DNA of 58,632 nt, from positions 1 to 58,632 of the forward strand of contig NW_021833607.1 in NCBI RefSeq assembly GCF_006345805.1, in the 5' to 3' direction. How positions within the stretch are numbered: position 1 is the stretch's first letter; every line of letters begins with the position of its first letter. The DNA is from Octopus sinensis (taxonomy: Eukaryota). The notes below the pieces were generated by a model. The model searched no databases. It was not told where the DNA came from and was given only the letters and a program-made list of their open reading frames with translations. This document shows, one piece after another, positions 38,293 through 51,674 of the stretch. A program made the position numbers and the translations under genes.

Positions 38293-38519
38293 ATGTGAAG
38301 TATATTTACCACCTAAATGTAGCTAACCACTGAAGGTGGATGTTACTGTAGCTTGTAGCCCCAGGAGAACATCTTCCCCAGCTGGCTGTTGACACACTTT
38401 CTGTGCCCTATCGGGTGTGTCAATACCCAGGTGGAGAAGATGTTCTCCTGGGGCTACAAGCTACAGTAACATCTACCCTTAGTGGTTAGCCACATTTAGA
38501 TGGCAAATATACTTCACAT
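38293..38519. mobile_element. Palindromic element with 84-bp arms (38293-38376 / 38436-38519) and an inner 9-bp IR
   Basis: About 6 mismatches between arms; ttgacacac/gtgtgtcaa in the spacer. Confidence 0.88.
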
Positions 38520-38794
38520 TGTCGTGCAGTTACTGCTTATACCTCGTTCAGAGATTTATCATATATATGTATGTATGTATGCATGTATGTATGTATGTAT
38601 GTATGTATGTATGTATGTATGTATGTATGTATGAATGTATGTATGTATGTATGTGTGTGTGTGTAGGAGTTCCACAAAATAATGAAAATAACACTTTATA
38701 TTTAATAATTTTTTTCTATTGGCAATATTACAAAATTAAAACTGTTCAAGTCTATATATATCTAGAATTATGTATTACATATGCTTCGTAATTC

Positions 38795-39255
38795 CTTAGC
38801 CGTATGAAAGATGGCAGAATCCCCAAGGACATACTCTACGGAGAGCTTGCTAGGGGTACTAGGTCTGTGGGTAGACCGATCTTACGTTACAAGGATGTTT
38901 GCAAAAGGGACATGAAGGCCTGCAACATCAATATTAGCGGTTGGGAGGCAGTTGCCGGCAACCGTGGAGAATGGCGACGTACCGTAAAAGAGGGAATACA
39001 AAGGAGTGACAGAGAGAGAGAGAGGAGAAATGGAAAGAAAGGAAGAGACGTAAACAAGAGACTATGGCACTACAACCAGCCAGGAACAGTCTTCGCTACA
39101 TTTGCGGTACCTGCCAGAGGGAGTGTTTGTCCAGGATAGGACTACACAGCCACAGCAGGAAATGTATCAGGACATGAAATATAAAAGCCGGACTAGACTA
39201 CTTCATGCGCGACTCCATTGTCTCCCGAGACAGAAAGGATGCCAATACAATACAA
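38795..39255 (+). mobile_element. RTE-clade LINE 3' fragment
   Basis: RMKDGRIPKDILYGEL..G.R..GRPILRYKDVCKRDMK, then (frameshift) CGTCQRECLSRIGLHSHSRKC; (CAATA)n tail. Confidence 0.92.
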
Positions 39256-39369
39256 TAGGCTTCGTAATTCATTATATAATACCCTGTTTTTCATTTTTGC
39301 GTATAGTTATTTATATTTGAACTAGTTAAAGTATGTGTGCTAAGTTCCAAAAGAGGAAAAATTGCCAGA

Positions 39370-40450
39370 GCGCGGATGGCTAGAGCTTCAGTCATTATAA
39401 CTACTGAACTGTTTAATGTTTCAGGGGGTGCAGTCTTTAAATTCATGTTGGTGTTTCAAAACGAAAGTAACACCAAACTCGGACTAGGATAATTCTGAAT
39501 CGAAGGCAAAGTTCAGAGATGGACCGCAGAATAGTGAAACATATTGTGTTTAAAGACCATAGGTAGCAAAAGTCACAGTAGAGCTAAACTGCTACCTTAC
39601 ACTTTTACTCTTTTACTTGTTTCAGTCATTTAGTCGAGCAAATCGCCCCCAGGACTTATTCTTTGTAAGCCTAGTACTTATTACATCGGTCTATTTTGCC
39701 AAACCGCTAAGTTACGGAGACATAAACACAGCAGCATCGGTTGTCAAGCGATGTTAAGGGAACAAACACAGACACAGACACACACACACACACATATATA
39801 CGACGGGCTTCTTTCAGTTTCCGTCTACAAAATCCACTCACAAGGCTTTGGTCGGCCCGAGGCTATAGTAGAAGACACTTGACAAGTTGCCACGCAGGGG
39901 GACTGAACCCGGAATCATGTGGTTCGTAAGCAAGCTACTTACCACACAGCCACTCCTATGCCTTGTAAACTAAATCCGATCGTCGCCCGATCTATAAAGC
40001 TAGATACCATGGGAAGGATGTAATTGCTAAACCTAAACCTCTTGTGTCCTCCATCAACACTGATAAGCGGGAAAATGATGTCTGGACTATAATAAGTGAT
40101 TAGTAGCTCAATTGACCAATATCATAATTTCCCCGAGGAATCATATTTCACCCTTTTGCCCCACTTCGGGTCGAGTTTGTATCTGGAAATAGCCCAATGA
40201 AGCGTTCAATCCTTACTCTCCGGCCGCTACTGTGAAACATATAAGTAAATCTGTAATGATTTGGGTGGCCATATCACAGAATTCTCTTGGACTTTCAGAT
40301 ATTCTACAAGACAGGGCAAAGGCTAACGATTATCTGAATATTTTGGTTGACCCTATGGTGCAAGCGTTATTTCCTAGTGGTGTCACAGTATTTCAAGGCA
40401 ATAATGCACCGTTTCACACTGCTAATACATAAAATTGGTTCAAAAGGCAC
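39370..40450 (+). pseudogene. Degenerate Tc1 remnant (related to the 34039 element), split by a SINE
   Basis: RMARASV...; FPEESYFTL..GRVCIW; SVMIWVAIS...FQGNNAPFHTA are collinear with Tc1. Confidence 0.75.
39603..39963 (-). mobile_element. SINE family A, near full length
   Basis: Reverse complement of the family A head, core and tail. Confidence 0.92.
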
Positions 40451-40461
40451 AAAACTGAAAT

Positions 40462-40975
40462 AGGCACACGCGTGGTTATGTGGTAAGAAGCTTGCTTTCC
40501 AATGACATGGTTCTGGGTTCAGGCTCACTGCGTTGCACCTTCGGCAAGCTTCTTTTACTTTTTTCTGTCGTTTCGACTGCAGCCATACTTGGGCATAACC
40601 TTGAACGGTTTTAGTCGAACAAATCGACCTCCAGGACTTATTTTTTTAAAAAATCTAGTATCTATTCTATCTTGTCTCTTTTGCCGAACCGTTAAGAGAC
40701 ATAAACACACCGACACCGGTTGTCAAGCAGTGGTGGTGGAAGAAGCATAGACACAAAGACACACACATAAACACAGGCACACACACATACACGCACATAA
40801 CATGTATACATATGACGGGATTCTTTCAGTTTCCGTCTACCAAATCCACTCACAAGGCTTTGGTCGGCCCGAGGCTTTAGTTGAAGACAAATGTCTAAAG
40901 TACCCTTCAAGGGGATTGAACCTGGAACCGTGTGGTTGGAAAGCAAACTCCTTACTACACAGCCACGCCTGCATC
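40462..40975. mobile_element. Composite SINE family A (plus-strand head ~40462-40550 joined to a minus-strand copy)
   Basis: Heads at both ends in opposite orientation. Confidence 0.75.
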
Positions 40976-41299
40976 TAAATAATAAATCTTCCATTTTGAC
41001 TAGGTGTTTCCATTATTTTACCTAACCCTCAATACACACGCTCGCAAATTGACAACATACATACATATATACGTTCCTTTCACGAAATAAGGAGTTGATA
41101 GACAGCCGACAACTAATGAAGGGTCCTTTTTCTGTGTTAACTTGTCCTGTCATTCACTTTTTCTCGTTGTTTACGTATTTCATGTTATTTGCACCGTTGT
41201 TGACGTCCTGTACCCATATATGTATACATACATACATATATATATAGGTTATGAGAGGTAATGGTGTCAATAAGACCCAAAGGTGTCTGGTAATGCTTA

Positions 41300-42630
41300 G
41301 TATATATATATATAAATGCACTGTATCAGGTAAAATACCTGATACAGAGAACACTGCTTCTTCGAGTTGACGACCCACTAAGGAGGGCGACCTAAAAAGG
41401 TCACGATGAACGAAAATACCCAAGTTCATGGAGATGGAGAAATTGAAAAAGAAAGAAACACAAAAGAAGGAAATTTCCACAAAAGAAAGCAACCCCAACA
41501 CTACCTCCCAAAACAGTGGGAAAGATAAAGGAACTGTGAAGCCTGTTAAAAGAGAGGCTAGTATAAAAAAATCTTCAAGAAAAGAAACAAAAAAGGAGAA
41601 AAATAAAAATAGAATCCAGACGTTACGTGAAGGGCATATCATTTGTAAATTTTATATAAAAGGTATCTGTTGGCATGGTGCGATGGGGACGAACTGCCGC
41701 TTTGCACATCCAAAGCTTAGGTAGAACGGTACACATGACAAAATGCATCTCTAACAAGATAGGACAAAACCATGTCCGGAGGAACTCTTACTACACCACA
41801 GGCCTGCAACAAAGGCCAAAAAACTGCGTGCGGATGTAGTATGAGCTTCAACCATAGAGCAACAAAATTTTTAAAGTGTGACATAGACGATGGTGCAGCA
41901 GCTGGTGTGGTTGGAAACACAATAAGCCATATCCACCCACATACAAGACCGCCACAAATAACAGATCCAGGATGGCCACCATTACCGCAAAGCAGGCAAT
42001 CATACCAATTCTTTTAATGAATATTAGAGGGCTCCTACAAAGCAACAGCAATCAAGCGAATATACATTGCATTTACAGAGACATATCTCTCTGCAGATAT
42101 AAATGGCGCAGAGATGCACATACTAAAGTATGCTAGGTTCCGTGCAGATAGAAGAGAAAGAAGTTACGGTGGAGTTGCATTGTACATCCGTGAAGATGTC
42201 ACATCACAGTGCATTTAAGCCAACTTGTTGATGTCGTAATATGCACACTGTATCGCCCACCTTATGCCTCAAATCATAATAGCAAATTTGATCGAAGAAG
42301 TACTAACAAAATTGCATCAAAGTGTTTGTATACATCTGATGAATGACTTCAACTTCTCCAGCCTCAAATGGCCTGAAGGCCACACACTTTCAAGAATGAC
42401 ATGCAAAGAGCGTAACCAAGAAGAATCCCTACTTGACCTCATAAAAATGCTGTTCATGGAGCAAGCAATACTCTCCCCAACCAACAATATTTCACCAACA
42501 ATGTAGGTCTTATCCACAACATGAAGATACCACCGACAATCTTCTCAGACTGCAACATGGTAGAACTGACGATGTATGGTCCGAAACCAATTACTGATGC
42601 GGCTCAAGAATTGAGACGTGCAGTCTTGAT
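41300..42630 (+). pseudogene. LINE 5' fragment: ORF1 with a CCCH finger plus ORF2 APE endonuclease
   Basis: CKFYIKGICWHGAMGTNCRFAHPKL; AFTETYL...RADRRERSYGGVALYIRED; NDFN and EQAILSPT; many disruptions. Confidence 0.85.
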
Positions 42631-42666
42631 TAGGCTGGTTGCACACACACACACACACTACACACG

Positions 42667-42717
<51 letters not shown>

Positions 42718-44234
42718 ACACACACACACACACACACGCACACACACGCACACACGCAAATACACACATACGTACCAGCTTGTGCAGGTGTGTAGATGTG
42801 TGAAGATATGGAATTACAAACGCAAGTGTTAATTTCGCTTCTGTTCTATGCAATCTCACCTGCAACGGTCTACAAACAACAATAACACTTACAGCAACAA
42901 CAACAACAACAACGTCATCTACAACAACGCAGGTACTCTCGAGTGACATGCTACTGATGGTGGTGTAGGTGGTGCTATAGGTGATATTGCCGGTGTTGAT
43001 GGTGATGATTGTGTTGGCGATATCGGTGGTGTTGGTTGTGTTGGTGGCGTTGTGGCTTGTGTCGTTGGTATTAGTTTCAGAAGGGGTGAAGATGGTGATA
43101 GTAGCGTCGTTAAGAGTATTGATGGTGGTGATGCTTGTGTTGATAATCGTTTCGGCGTTATTGGTGTTTATTATAATGATGTTGTGGTGGCTTACGTTGT
43201 TCTGTCAGTGGTGTTAGATACAGGCGACGTTGGTGGTTACTGATGGTATTAGTGTTGCTGTCGTCGTCATTGATGGGACTGGTTTCTGTTGTGTTTTGTT
43301 GTGACGATGGTGTTGATGATAATGGCGGCCATAAGGTGTTGATGTTAATTACGTTTCTTGTATGAAGGGTGTTGGTGATGGTTAAATCTGATGGCGGTTG
43401 TGTGAAAGGTAGAAGGGAGGTGGGTGGTAAATGTGGTCGTAGTGGTGGCGGCGGCGGTGGTGTTGTCGGTGGCGATACAATTGTTGGCGTGAAGTTGTAT
43501 ATAAATCAAATTAATATTATACTAATCAGGAAGCGAGAGTGATTGAAATGATTGACTTTGCGTTGGCGGATGTGATTGACTGGTCACATCAAGCCTTTAT
43601 AATTTGTCCTGATAGTGTCTTCGATCTGTCACCTTTCTGATAAAATAATAATAGCAACAACAACGACGATGACGACGACGACGACGACGAAGAGGACGAT
43701 GATTACGACGACAGCAACAACAAAAGCTGTTAATCTTCTCCGTTCTATATTTGGTGATGTTATCGTCGTAGTCAGAGAAACCTAAGCTGCAGCGTCGTTA
43801 GTTTTTGTTTCAAGAACTGCAAAAACGCACTGAGTCTCAGAAGAGACGTCGGCGAAACACTGGCCTTTTTTTTTTTCTCCCCCCCCCCTTCGTTTTCTCT
43901 TTCTCCCATTTCTCTGAATCGAATACCATTATTTTCTCAAAAAGAATTATTTTTTTTTTCTTTAAAAACCAAAAAAAAAAAAAAAAAAATGAAGTTTCAT
44001 TTGCTAACAAATGATTTCCCCGGGCAGAGAAGTCACACAAAAGAGACAACCTCGCCAATATGTAGCGTTTCAGCTTTTCTATACGATCGTCAACAAAATT
44101 CAATGAAACAAACTCCCATTCGAACTAAGAAGCGATGTTTGTTTTTTGGAAACTTACTGATCTGACATCCAACTTTCCCCCCGGAGACAACAGCAATAGT
44201 AACAACAACTGTAGCAACAACAATAGTTTCTAAT

Positions 44235-44440
44235 TTAGGCACAAGGCCAGCCATCTCGAGGGCAGTGACTGAGTCGATGTCTTCTACCCCAGGACTTAGT
44301 TGCTACCTTATTTTATCAATCTCGAAATGAAGACAGGCAAAGTTGTCATCGGTGGGATTTGAAAGTAGAAATTAAATAACCGGATCAAATACCTGTCGCA
44401 GGGCATTTGGTTCGATGCTCTAACGATCCTGCCTATCCAT
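44235..44440 (-). mobile_element. Degenerate SINE family B
   Basis: ggcacaaggccagc tail and gaagacaggcaaagttgtc core. Confidence 0.65.
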
Positions 44441-45538
44441 GACCAGCGTAACAACAACAACAATAGCAATAATCTAGAAGAACATAAAATCTGAAGAAAA
44501 TTCCGACAACAACAACAACAACAATAATAATAATAATAATAATGATGGATTCTCTCAACGTGAAATGAAGTGTTTTGCACAAGAGCACAACACAGAACCC
44601 AGTCCAGAAATTGAAACCACGATCTCCCGATCGTGAGGGCACCACCCTATCCACAAGGCAATAATAATATTTAAAAAAATAATAATGGTGGATGACGATG
44701 TGTTCATCTCTGAGTCCCTTGGTAGCTTCCGATATCTGAATCTCTGATCATGAGCAGAAGTAGTGGGGGGTGCCAGGTATAAAAGAGGGGCTACAGCAAA
44801 TACACAATACCACAGATTTACTTGTCAGTTGTGTGACCTTAACCAGTCGGGTATGTCCCTTAATGGCTGACGATATGTGCATCTCTGTTCACGAGCATAA
44901 GCAGTGGGGGAACATCATAACCATGTGTTGAAAGGAACTCTTTGGGGTTTGAATAAATCACCTCTGGAAACATGGGTGTTTCGTTCTTAACCCTTAAACA
45001 ACCCTCATTCAGAGACTTTTGGGGTGGGATGGGCTACTCAGCTTGAAGAAAAGTTTAACTGGGCTCCACCTGCAAGGTCATGCGCTGTTTATCTTCATAT
45101 GAGATCACCATCTCGCGCACGCATAGTTGTGATGCATATGCCTGGTGTATCCTTATGAAAAGGGTAGTCATGATGGGTATACTGGCTTCGTATATTTTAG
45201 CCTAGTGTCACTTTGATGGCATGCCTCCATTCATTCATCCATCCACCCACCCAACCACTCATTCCTCCCCCTCTGTTTCGCAATCGATCGATCCATCCAC
45301 ACACACATATACGCATGAAATCAAATCAAGTGGTGATATTTTGAATGCTTTTAATGCATTTAATGATAATTTCATCCCTTACACAATATCGTCCTTATTA
45401 ATTGCTAGCAAGGACAATATTTTGCTTTGTAATCGTAATATACTGCCGATTATACTAAAGGTTTGCAAGTCAATATTGTGCCTTAATTTGTGTTAGCAGT
45501 GCAATATTCTCATTTTTAATTTTATCCCTATAAATTTA

Positions 45539-45758
45539 CTATAGAATTTAGAGCCAGCACTGTAAGTTACAGCGTTTCGTATACGAATACGTCTATGTAA
45601 ACAATGCAATCGAAGAAGGTACTGACGAAAGAGCAATAACTCTTGAAATATGCATATACACCTATTACCTATCTGTTCTGTCTTCGATCGCATCGTTTAT
45701 ATAGACGTATTCGTGTACGAAACGTCATAACTTTCTGTGCTGTCTCTGGATTCTATAG
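45539..45758. mobile_element. Imperfect palindrome with 78-bp arms (45539-45616 / 45681-45758)
   Basis: The inner 44 bp differ at 4 positions; the outer part is more diverged; 64-bp spacer. Confidence 0.85.
45619..45659 (+). ncRNA. Candidate minimal hammerhead with canonical core, in the palindrome spacer
   Basis: gta-CTGACGA-aagag/caataa/ctctt-GAAA-tatgca-TA-tac; short 3-bp stem I. Confidence 0.6.
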
Positions 45759-46156
45759 AAAAAATTTGAGGAAGATTTTGCATAAGAAATGAAATTCCAT
45801 TTTTATCTATTGCGCTATTATCTGAAACGTACGTATTAAATGCATTAAAAACATCACTTAGTTTCAATTCAATGTTATACACTATACGGCTCTATGACCT
45901 CTACAAGCCAGCCAGTTCTAATTCAATTTACATGGCTACTATTACAAGGTTTGGAATGTTTTGTTCTATTTCACCCGAGCTGCAACTTCTAGTAACGTGC
46001 ATCGCTTATACGCCTGCATGTATGTATGTATGTATGCATGTATGTATGTATGTATGTATGTATGTATGTATGTATGTATGTATGTTGTATGTATGTATAT
46101 GTATGTATGTATGTATATATGTATATATGTATGTATGCATGTACGTATGCATGTAC

Positions 46157-46236
<80 letters not shown>

Positions 46237-46246
46237 CGTATGTATG

Positions 46247-46297
<51 letters not shown>

Positions 46298-46333
46298 TGT
46301 TTATAATAATTAAGGATACTAACAGGCAGTACC

Positions 46334-46685
46334 GGCATGCTAAATATAGCAACCAAAATGGCCAGTTCACAAGTTTTCTATTAAACACAAAGGTGAAAGT
46401 GGGAAAATTTTATAAAAATCCTAAAACCAATGACGAAAATAATCGATAATTGAAAAGGAGTCAGTAAGACTCGATGAAGAGGAACTAAGGTTATTTCTGA
46501 AATACCCTTAGTTCGTATCACCAAGTTCGTATCACTTAGTCCGTATCACATGCCCGTAATACGGGCATGTCACTTTTTCAATTATCGATATTTTCGTAAT
46601 TGGCACGGGGTTTTAGGATTTTTATTAATTTCGTTTAAGCGAAAACTTGTGGTTTGGTCATTTTGACTGTTATATTTAGCATGCC
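46334..46685. mobile_element. Fold-back (MITE-like) element with ~120-bp arms and a structured spacer
   Basis: Arms at 46334-46457 / 46573-46685. The spacer has 3x agt(t/c)cgtatcac and the hairpin acatgcccgt-aat-acgggcatgt (46548-46570). Confidence 0.8.
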
Positions 46686-46826
46686 CCTCATTATTGATTA
46701 ATAATTTTCTTTAACCGTTATTGTTCTAAATTATAACATATATAAATATTCCTCTATTTCTCTAATATTAAGGTCTCATTCCTTTGTTGTTACTTTATTA
46801 TTATTATTATTATTATTATTATTGTA

Positions 46827-46858
<32 letters not shown>

Positions 46859-46859
46859 G

Positions 46860-47284
46860 TGTGTGTATGTCTATGTGTGCTTGCGAAGCTTTAGAAAAAA
46901 TATCTTGATATAGCCACAATATTTGAAAAAAAGATTTTCTTAGAATTAAAAATGTATAATTATGTAAAAAAAAAAATGTGTTTTAATTAGGCAGGTTAAG
47001 GCAAGCCTGAAGTGTCTGAAAATCTGAAAACGGTGAAAGTTCTTATAAAAGCTACTTTCCATTAAATTTGCGTTAATGTTTTGCAACTTTCTTTATAATT
47101 AATAATTTTCAATTTAAGAAACCTTCTTTCATTGAGTGACATGAAATAAACAGAAATTCTTATTATAGGCTTGTAGTTGTTTCAGACATGCGTTTGGTTG
47201 TGTAGTCGACAAAATCAAAAACAAACAATGTACATGCGCGGAACTGAAAATATAAAATGGCAACAATTTACCCGTCGCACCCTG
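46860..47284. mobile_element. Probable non-autonomous Tc1/mariner end
   Basis: Terminates in cgcaccctg|TA like the element ending at 48937; left end not identified. Confidence 0.4.
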
Positions 47285-47490
47285 TATATGTCGATTGATC
47301 GACTGAAAACATAGGGAAGCAGTAGCCCAAAGCTATCTTCAGGGCCATATATTCATACACACACACGCGCGTATGAGCATGAGAAATAACCGTTACTCGA
47401 CAGTTGAATGTTATTATAAGATTATGTAAAATTCTTACTCGCGGATGATTTTCTCTGACTCTCACGGCTAAGAATGATAACAACAATATA

Positions 47491-47652
47491 TTTCTTTACT
47501 ACCCACAAGGGGCTAAACACAGAGGGGACAAACAAGGACAGACAAACGGATTAAGTCGATTACATCGACTCCTGTGCGTAACTAGTACTTATTTAATCGA
47601 CCCCGAAAGGATGAAAGGAAAAGTCGACCTCGGCGAAATTTGAACTCAGAAC
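47491..47652 (-). mobile_element. SINE family B, 5'-truncated monomer
   Basis: Same tail and core as the 25051 copy, ending at the B box. Confidence 0.88.
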
Positions 47653-47750
47653 ATAGTGATAACAATAGCCACAACAGAAACACCAATATTAATTGTTATA
47701 TATTCCAACGATGAACGTTTTTTTCTTATTGAGAAAGCGGTTCCTTCATC

Positions 47751-48138
47751 TTTTACCTCTTTCTTGTTTCAGTCATTGCATTGAGGCCATGCTGGGGCAA
47801 TACTTTGAAGGGTTTTAGTCAAACAAACCGATTCTGGTACTTAAGCGTTTTTCTTTTTGTTTCTTTGCCGAACTGCTAGTAAAAAGAAAACGGGTATGTA
47901 AACAAAGCGGTGGGATTTCGACAAGCACGGACACACGCACGCGCATGTATATGACAAGGTTTTCATATATTTTCCCTCTACTAAATTTACTTACCGGGTA
48001 TTTGGAGACCTGGGGCTATAGAAGACATTTGCCCGAGCAACTGCCCACTGAGGCCGAACCCGAAACCATTTGTGAGAAAAAAGAGCATCATAACGCAATT
48101 CACTCTGTAAGAAATTTGGAAACCACATGCTGTACTGC
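47751..48138 (-). mobile_element. Degenerate SINE family A
   Basis: cttgtttcagtcatt tail; ggctatagaagacatttgccc core. Confidence 0.75.
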
Positions 48139-48149
48139 TTAGTATTCGC

Positions 48150-48937
48150 GCCGGAAGCTCTAATATGAACATTTCAGAGTGTTTGGGTGTCAAGCTAAGT
48201 CCCGAAAACAAGTACCGAGAGTTGTAAAAATCAAACATCCAGTCAACATCATGGTGTTTGGAGTGATCACTAGTGACGTTATGCCGCCATTCATCTTCCT
48301 ACACGGCCTCAGACTCAACTCGGAGGCCTATATCAAGTGCCTGGAGGAGATAGTGATGCCCTGGGTCAAAAGAGTGGCTGCTAGGAAGACCCTGCCACAC
48401 AATCCGGAGAACGCAGTCATGGCTGTCAGACAATTTCTACAACCACATCACCCCTAACATCTGGCCACCTAACTCCCCAGACTGCAACCCCTTGATTATT
48501 ATGTGTAGGGCGCAGTTAAGCGTCCTACACATAGTACAGAACTTCTTGTAATACTAAAGATGAACTAAAGGCAAGGATTATGGCAGCATTCACCAACTTA
48601 AACAAGGAGACTGTTCAGAAGAGTTGCAGGAGATTTCGAAGTCATCTGGAAGCCGTGGTTGAAGCCAATGGCGATTTTATTGAATAAATTTACTCTTTAG
48701 TATTTCAAGATATTTTTATGTAATAATAGGCGCAGGTATGGTTGTGTGGTATGAAACTTGCTTCCCAACCACATGGTTCTGGGTTCAGTCCCACTGCGTG
48801 GCACCTTGGGCAAGTGTCTTCTACTATATATATATACTGAAACAAGTAAAAGAATAAAAGAATATCTGTTAAAATGAGATGTCAGCGTTATTTTCATTTT
48901 TGTGTTATTTACACGACATTTTGTTCACCGCACCCTG
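48150..48937 (+). mobile_element. 3' part of a Tc1/mariner (maT-like) element, interrupted by a SINE A fragment (48729-48863)
   Basis: KHPVNIMVFGVITSD-VMPPFIF..GLRLNSEAYIKCLEEIVMPWV; WPPNSPDCNPLDYY; right end gcaccctg|TA. Confidence 0.88.
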
Positions 48938-48949
48938 TATATATATATA

Positions 48950-48992
<43 letters not shown>

Positions 48993-49029
48993 ATATAAAA
49001 CATATATAATATGTACATACGTACATACT

Positions 49030-50520
49030 CTTCTGTTTTTCCTGAAATTTTCTTTTCTTCTCTCCCATCTGCCTTCTATCTTCCTTTACCTATCATCTGT
49101 CTTCTTCCCTTGTCTTTTCATTCCATCTTTCATTCAGTATTTAGGCTATTTATTAAATTTTGATCCATTCCTTCAATACAACGTTCTCTTATTCTCTTAA
49201 ATTTTCATTCTAACATTCCTTCAACCAGTTTACATTCTTTTTTTCTTTTTATCTTCCATTCTTTCACCTTTCATCTCTTCATTCATTTTCATTTTCTCTG
49301 TCAATTACACCTTTAATTCACCTTCCATTCTTTCGTTCTTCTCATTCTTTTACACTCATAACTCTTCATCAATGTTTCCATCCTCTCGTTCTTGTGTACT
49401 TTCATTCCCACATTCATTCATACATTTTTATTCTCTTATTCTCTTTGACGGTCATTCCTTGATCTATTTTCTTTTTCTCATTTTTGTATCTCCATTCCTT
49501 CATTTTTCCAGCCATTTCATTTTCTCCGTCTTTTAAATCTTCGTTCAATCATTCCTTCAACAATTTTTCATTCTCTCATTCTTCTAAACTTTCATTCCTT
49601 CATTCAGTTATCCAGTCGTTCATTCTATCCTTTCTTTTATACCCCGATTCCACCATTTCCTCATCCATTTTTCATTTCTCGTTCTTTTCTAATTTCATTC
49701 TGTCCTTCCTTCATCCATTTTTCCTTCTTCCGTTCTTTTGTACTTTCATTCCATCATTTCATCATCCAACTTCCATTGTTTCCTTCTATCATACCATTAT
49801 TCTATCGTCCATTCTTTCGCCCTCTCATTCCTTCACACCCCCATTTCTTGCTTCATATTTTCATAACTCGTTCATCTATACTTTCATTCCCTCACTCCTT
49901 CTTCCATTTTTATTTTCTCAATCTTTTTTTAATCTTCATCTCTTCAGCCATTCTTATTCTCTCGATTTTTTTTCATTTCTCATTCTTTTATGTTGTCATT
50001 CCGTTATTTCTTCATCCGTTTCATTCTCTTATTCTTTTACACCGTCATTCCTTCATCCATTCGCATCTTTCATTTTCACGTCTTAATTCCTTCATTTCTT
50101 CTTCCATTTTTATTCTCTCATTCCTTTAAAATTGATTCCGTCATTCTCTCATCCACTTTTCATTCTCTCCTATTACACCTTCATTCCACTTTCAATTTTT
50201 TCTACCCTTATTTCTTCATCCATATTTTCCCTCTCCCTTTCTTGCATCATACTTTTATTGCATCCCTCATTCCTTCACCCACCCTTCACTCACCCTTTAA
50301 TTCTCGCGTTCTTACACACCTTGATTCCGTCATACCTGCATCCATCATTCATCCACTCCTATCACACCTTCCATTCTTTCGTTCTCTCATTCTTCCACAT
50401 CCTTATTTCTTTATCCATTCCTTCAACCAATTTTTCATTCTCTCATTCATTTATATCCTCATTCTTTCATTCGTTTATTTTGTACTTTCCATCTTCTACG
50501 TCTTGTATTCTTTCATTGAT
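49030..50520 (+). repeat. 1.5-kb pyrimidine-rich decayed (TTCA/TTC)n tract
   Basis: Directly visible; near-absence of G; the Phe/Ser ORFs are artefacts. Confidence 0.9.
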
Positions 50521-50899
50521 TTATTAAAACTAAAACAATAAAACAAAACAAAAAAAAAATCATAAACCGTTTTTTTTTTTCTTCTTCGTCTTTCCTACAT
50601 TACGTTGTCATAGCTGTAGTAATCGTTCCTCTTCTTACCATTATTGCGATTCCTGTTCTTGCTATTGCTTTTGTTGTTGTTATTGCCGTCACTGCACTTG
50701 TCATTTTTGTTGTTGGCACTGTAGTAGCTGTTGTTGTTGTTGTCATTATTGTTCTCGATGTGGTTGTTGTTGTTCTTGTTGCAAAATGTATAAAGAAACT
50801 GGGTATAATGAAAACGAGGCTGTGACCTGCATTACTCTGTTATTTCCGCAGTGAAGTTGTTCTATGTGAAGAAAAACTTTTAACCAGCACCTGTAACAG

Positions 50900-51096
50900 T
50901 CGTGATAGCTAGCTGCTACTATTCGTATATATTATGTGTGTACGTATACATGGCCATGTGCGCTTGTGCATGCGTGTATGTATGTGTGTATGTGTGTATA
51001 CATATATGTGTTATTATGTGCTTGCATGGGTGGATGTGCTTGTATGATTGTGTACGTATGTCTGCGCATGTACGTCTCTGCTTCCTTCCAAGTGAG

Positions 51097-51140
<44 letters not shown>

Positions 51141-51206
51141 ATATATCGTTTCCCGCGAGTGTGACTGTACGTGCGTGTGACTGTACGTGCGTGTGCGTGT
51201 GTGTGC

Positions 51207-51247
<41 letters not shown>

Positions 51248-51331
51248 GGTATATGTTTGTTTATGTGCTTGCATGGATGGAAGTGTTTGTGTATGCTTGT
51301 GCATTTGTATATATGTGTTTGCTAGTGGGGG

Positions 51332-51406
<75 letters not shown>

Positions 51407-51427
51407 CATCATCTATCTATCTATCTG

Positions 51428-51464
<37 letters not shown>

Positions 51465-51591
51465 ATCTATCTATCCATCATCTATCTATCTATCATATCT
51501 ATCTATCTATCTATCTATCTCTCTATCTATCTATCTATCCATCCATCCATCCATCCATCCATCCATCCATCCATCCATCCATCTACCCATC

Positions 51592-51674
<83 letters not shown>

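Noticed and set aside
42950-43500. Hydrophobic Val-rich ORFs
   Set aside because: Degenerate (GGT/TGT/GAT)n trinucleotide tract.
46466-46515. tcgatga-agag...ttct-GAAA in the fold-back spacer
   Set aside because: The 3-8 pair is not Watson-Crick, and a competing 9-bp hairpin explains the symmetry better.
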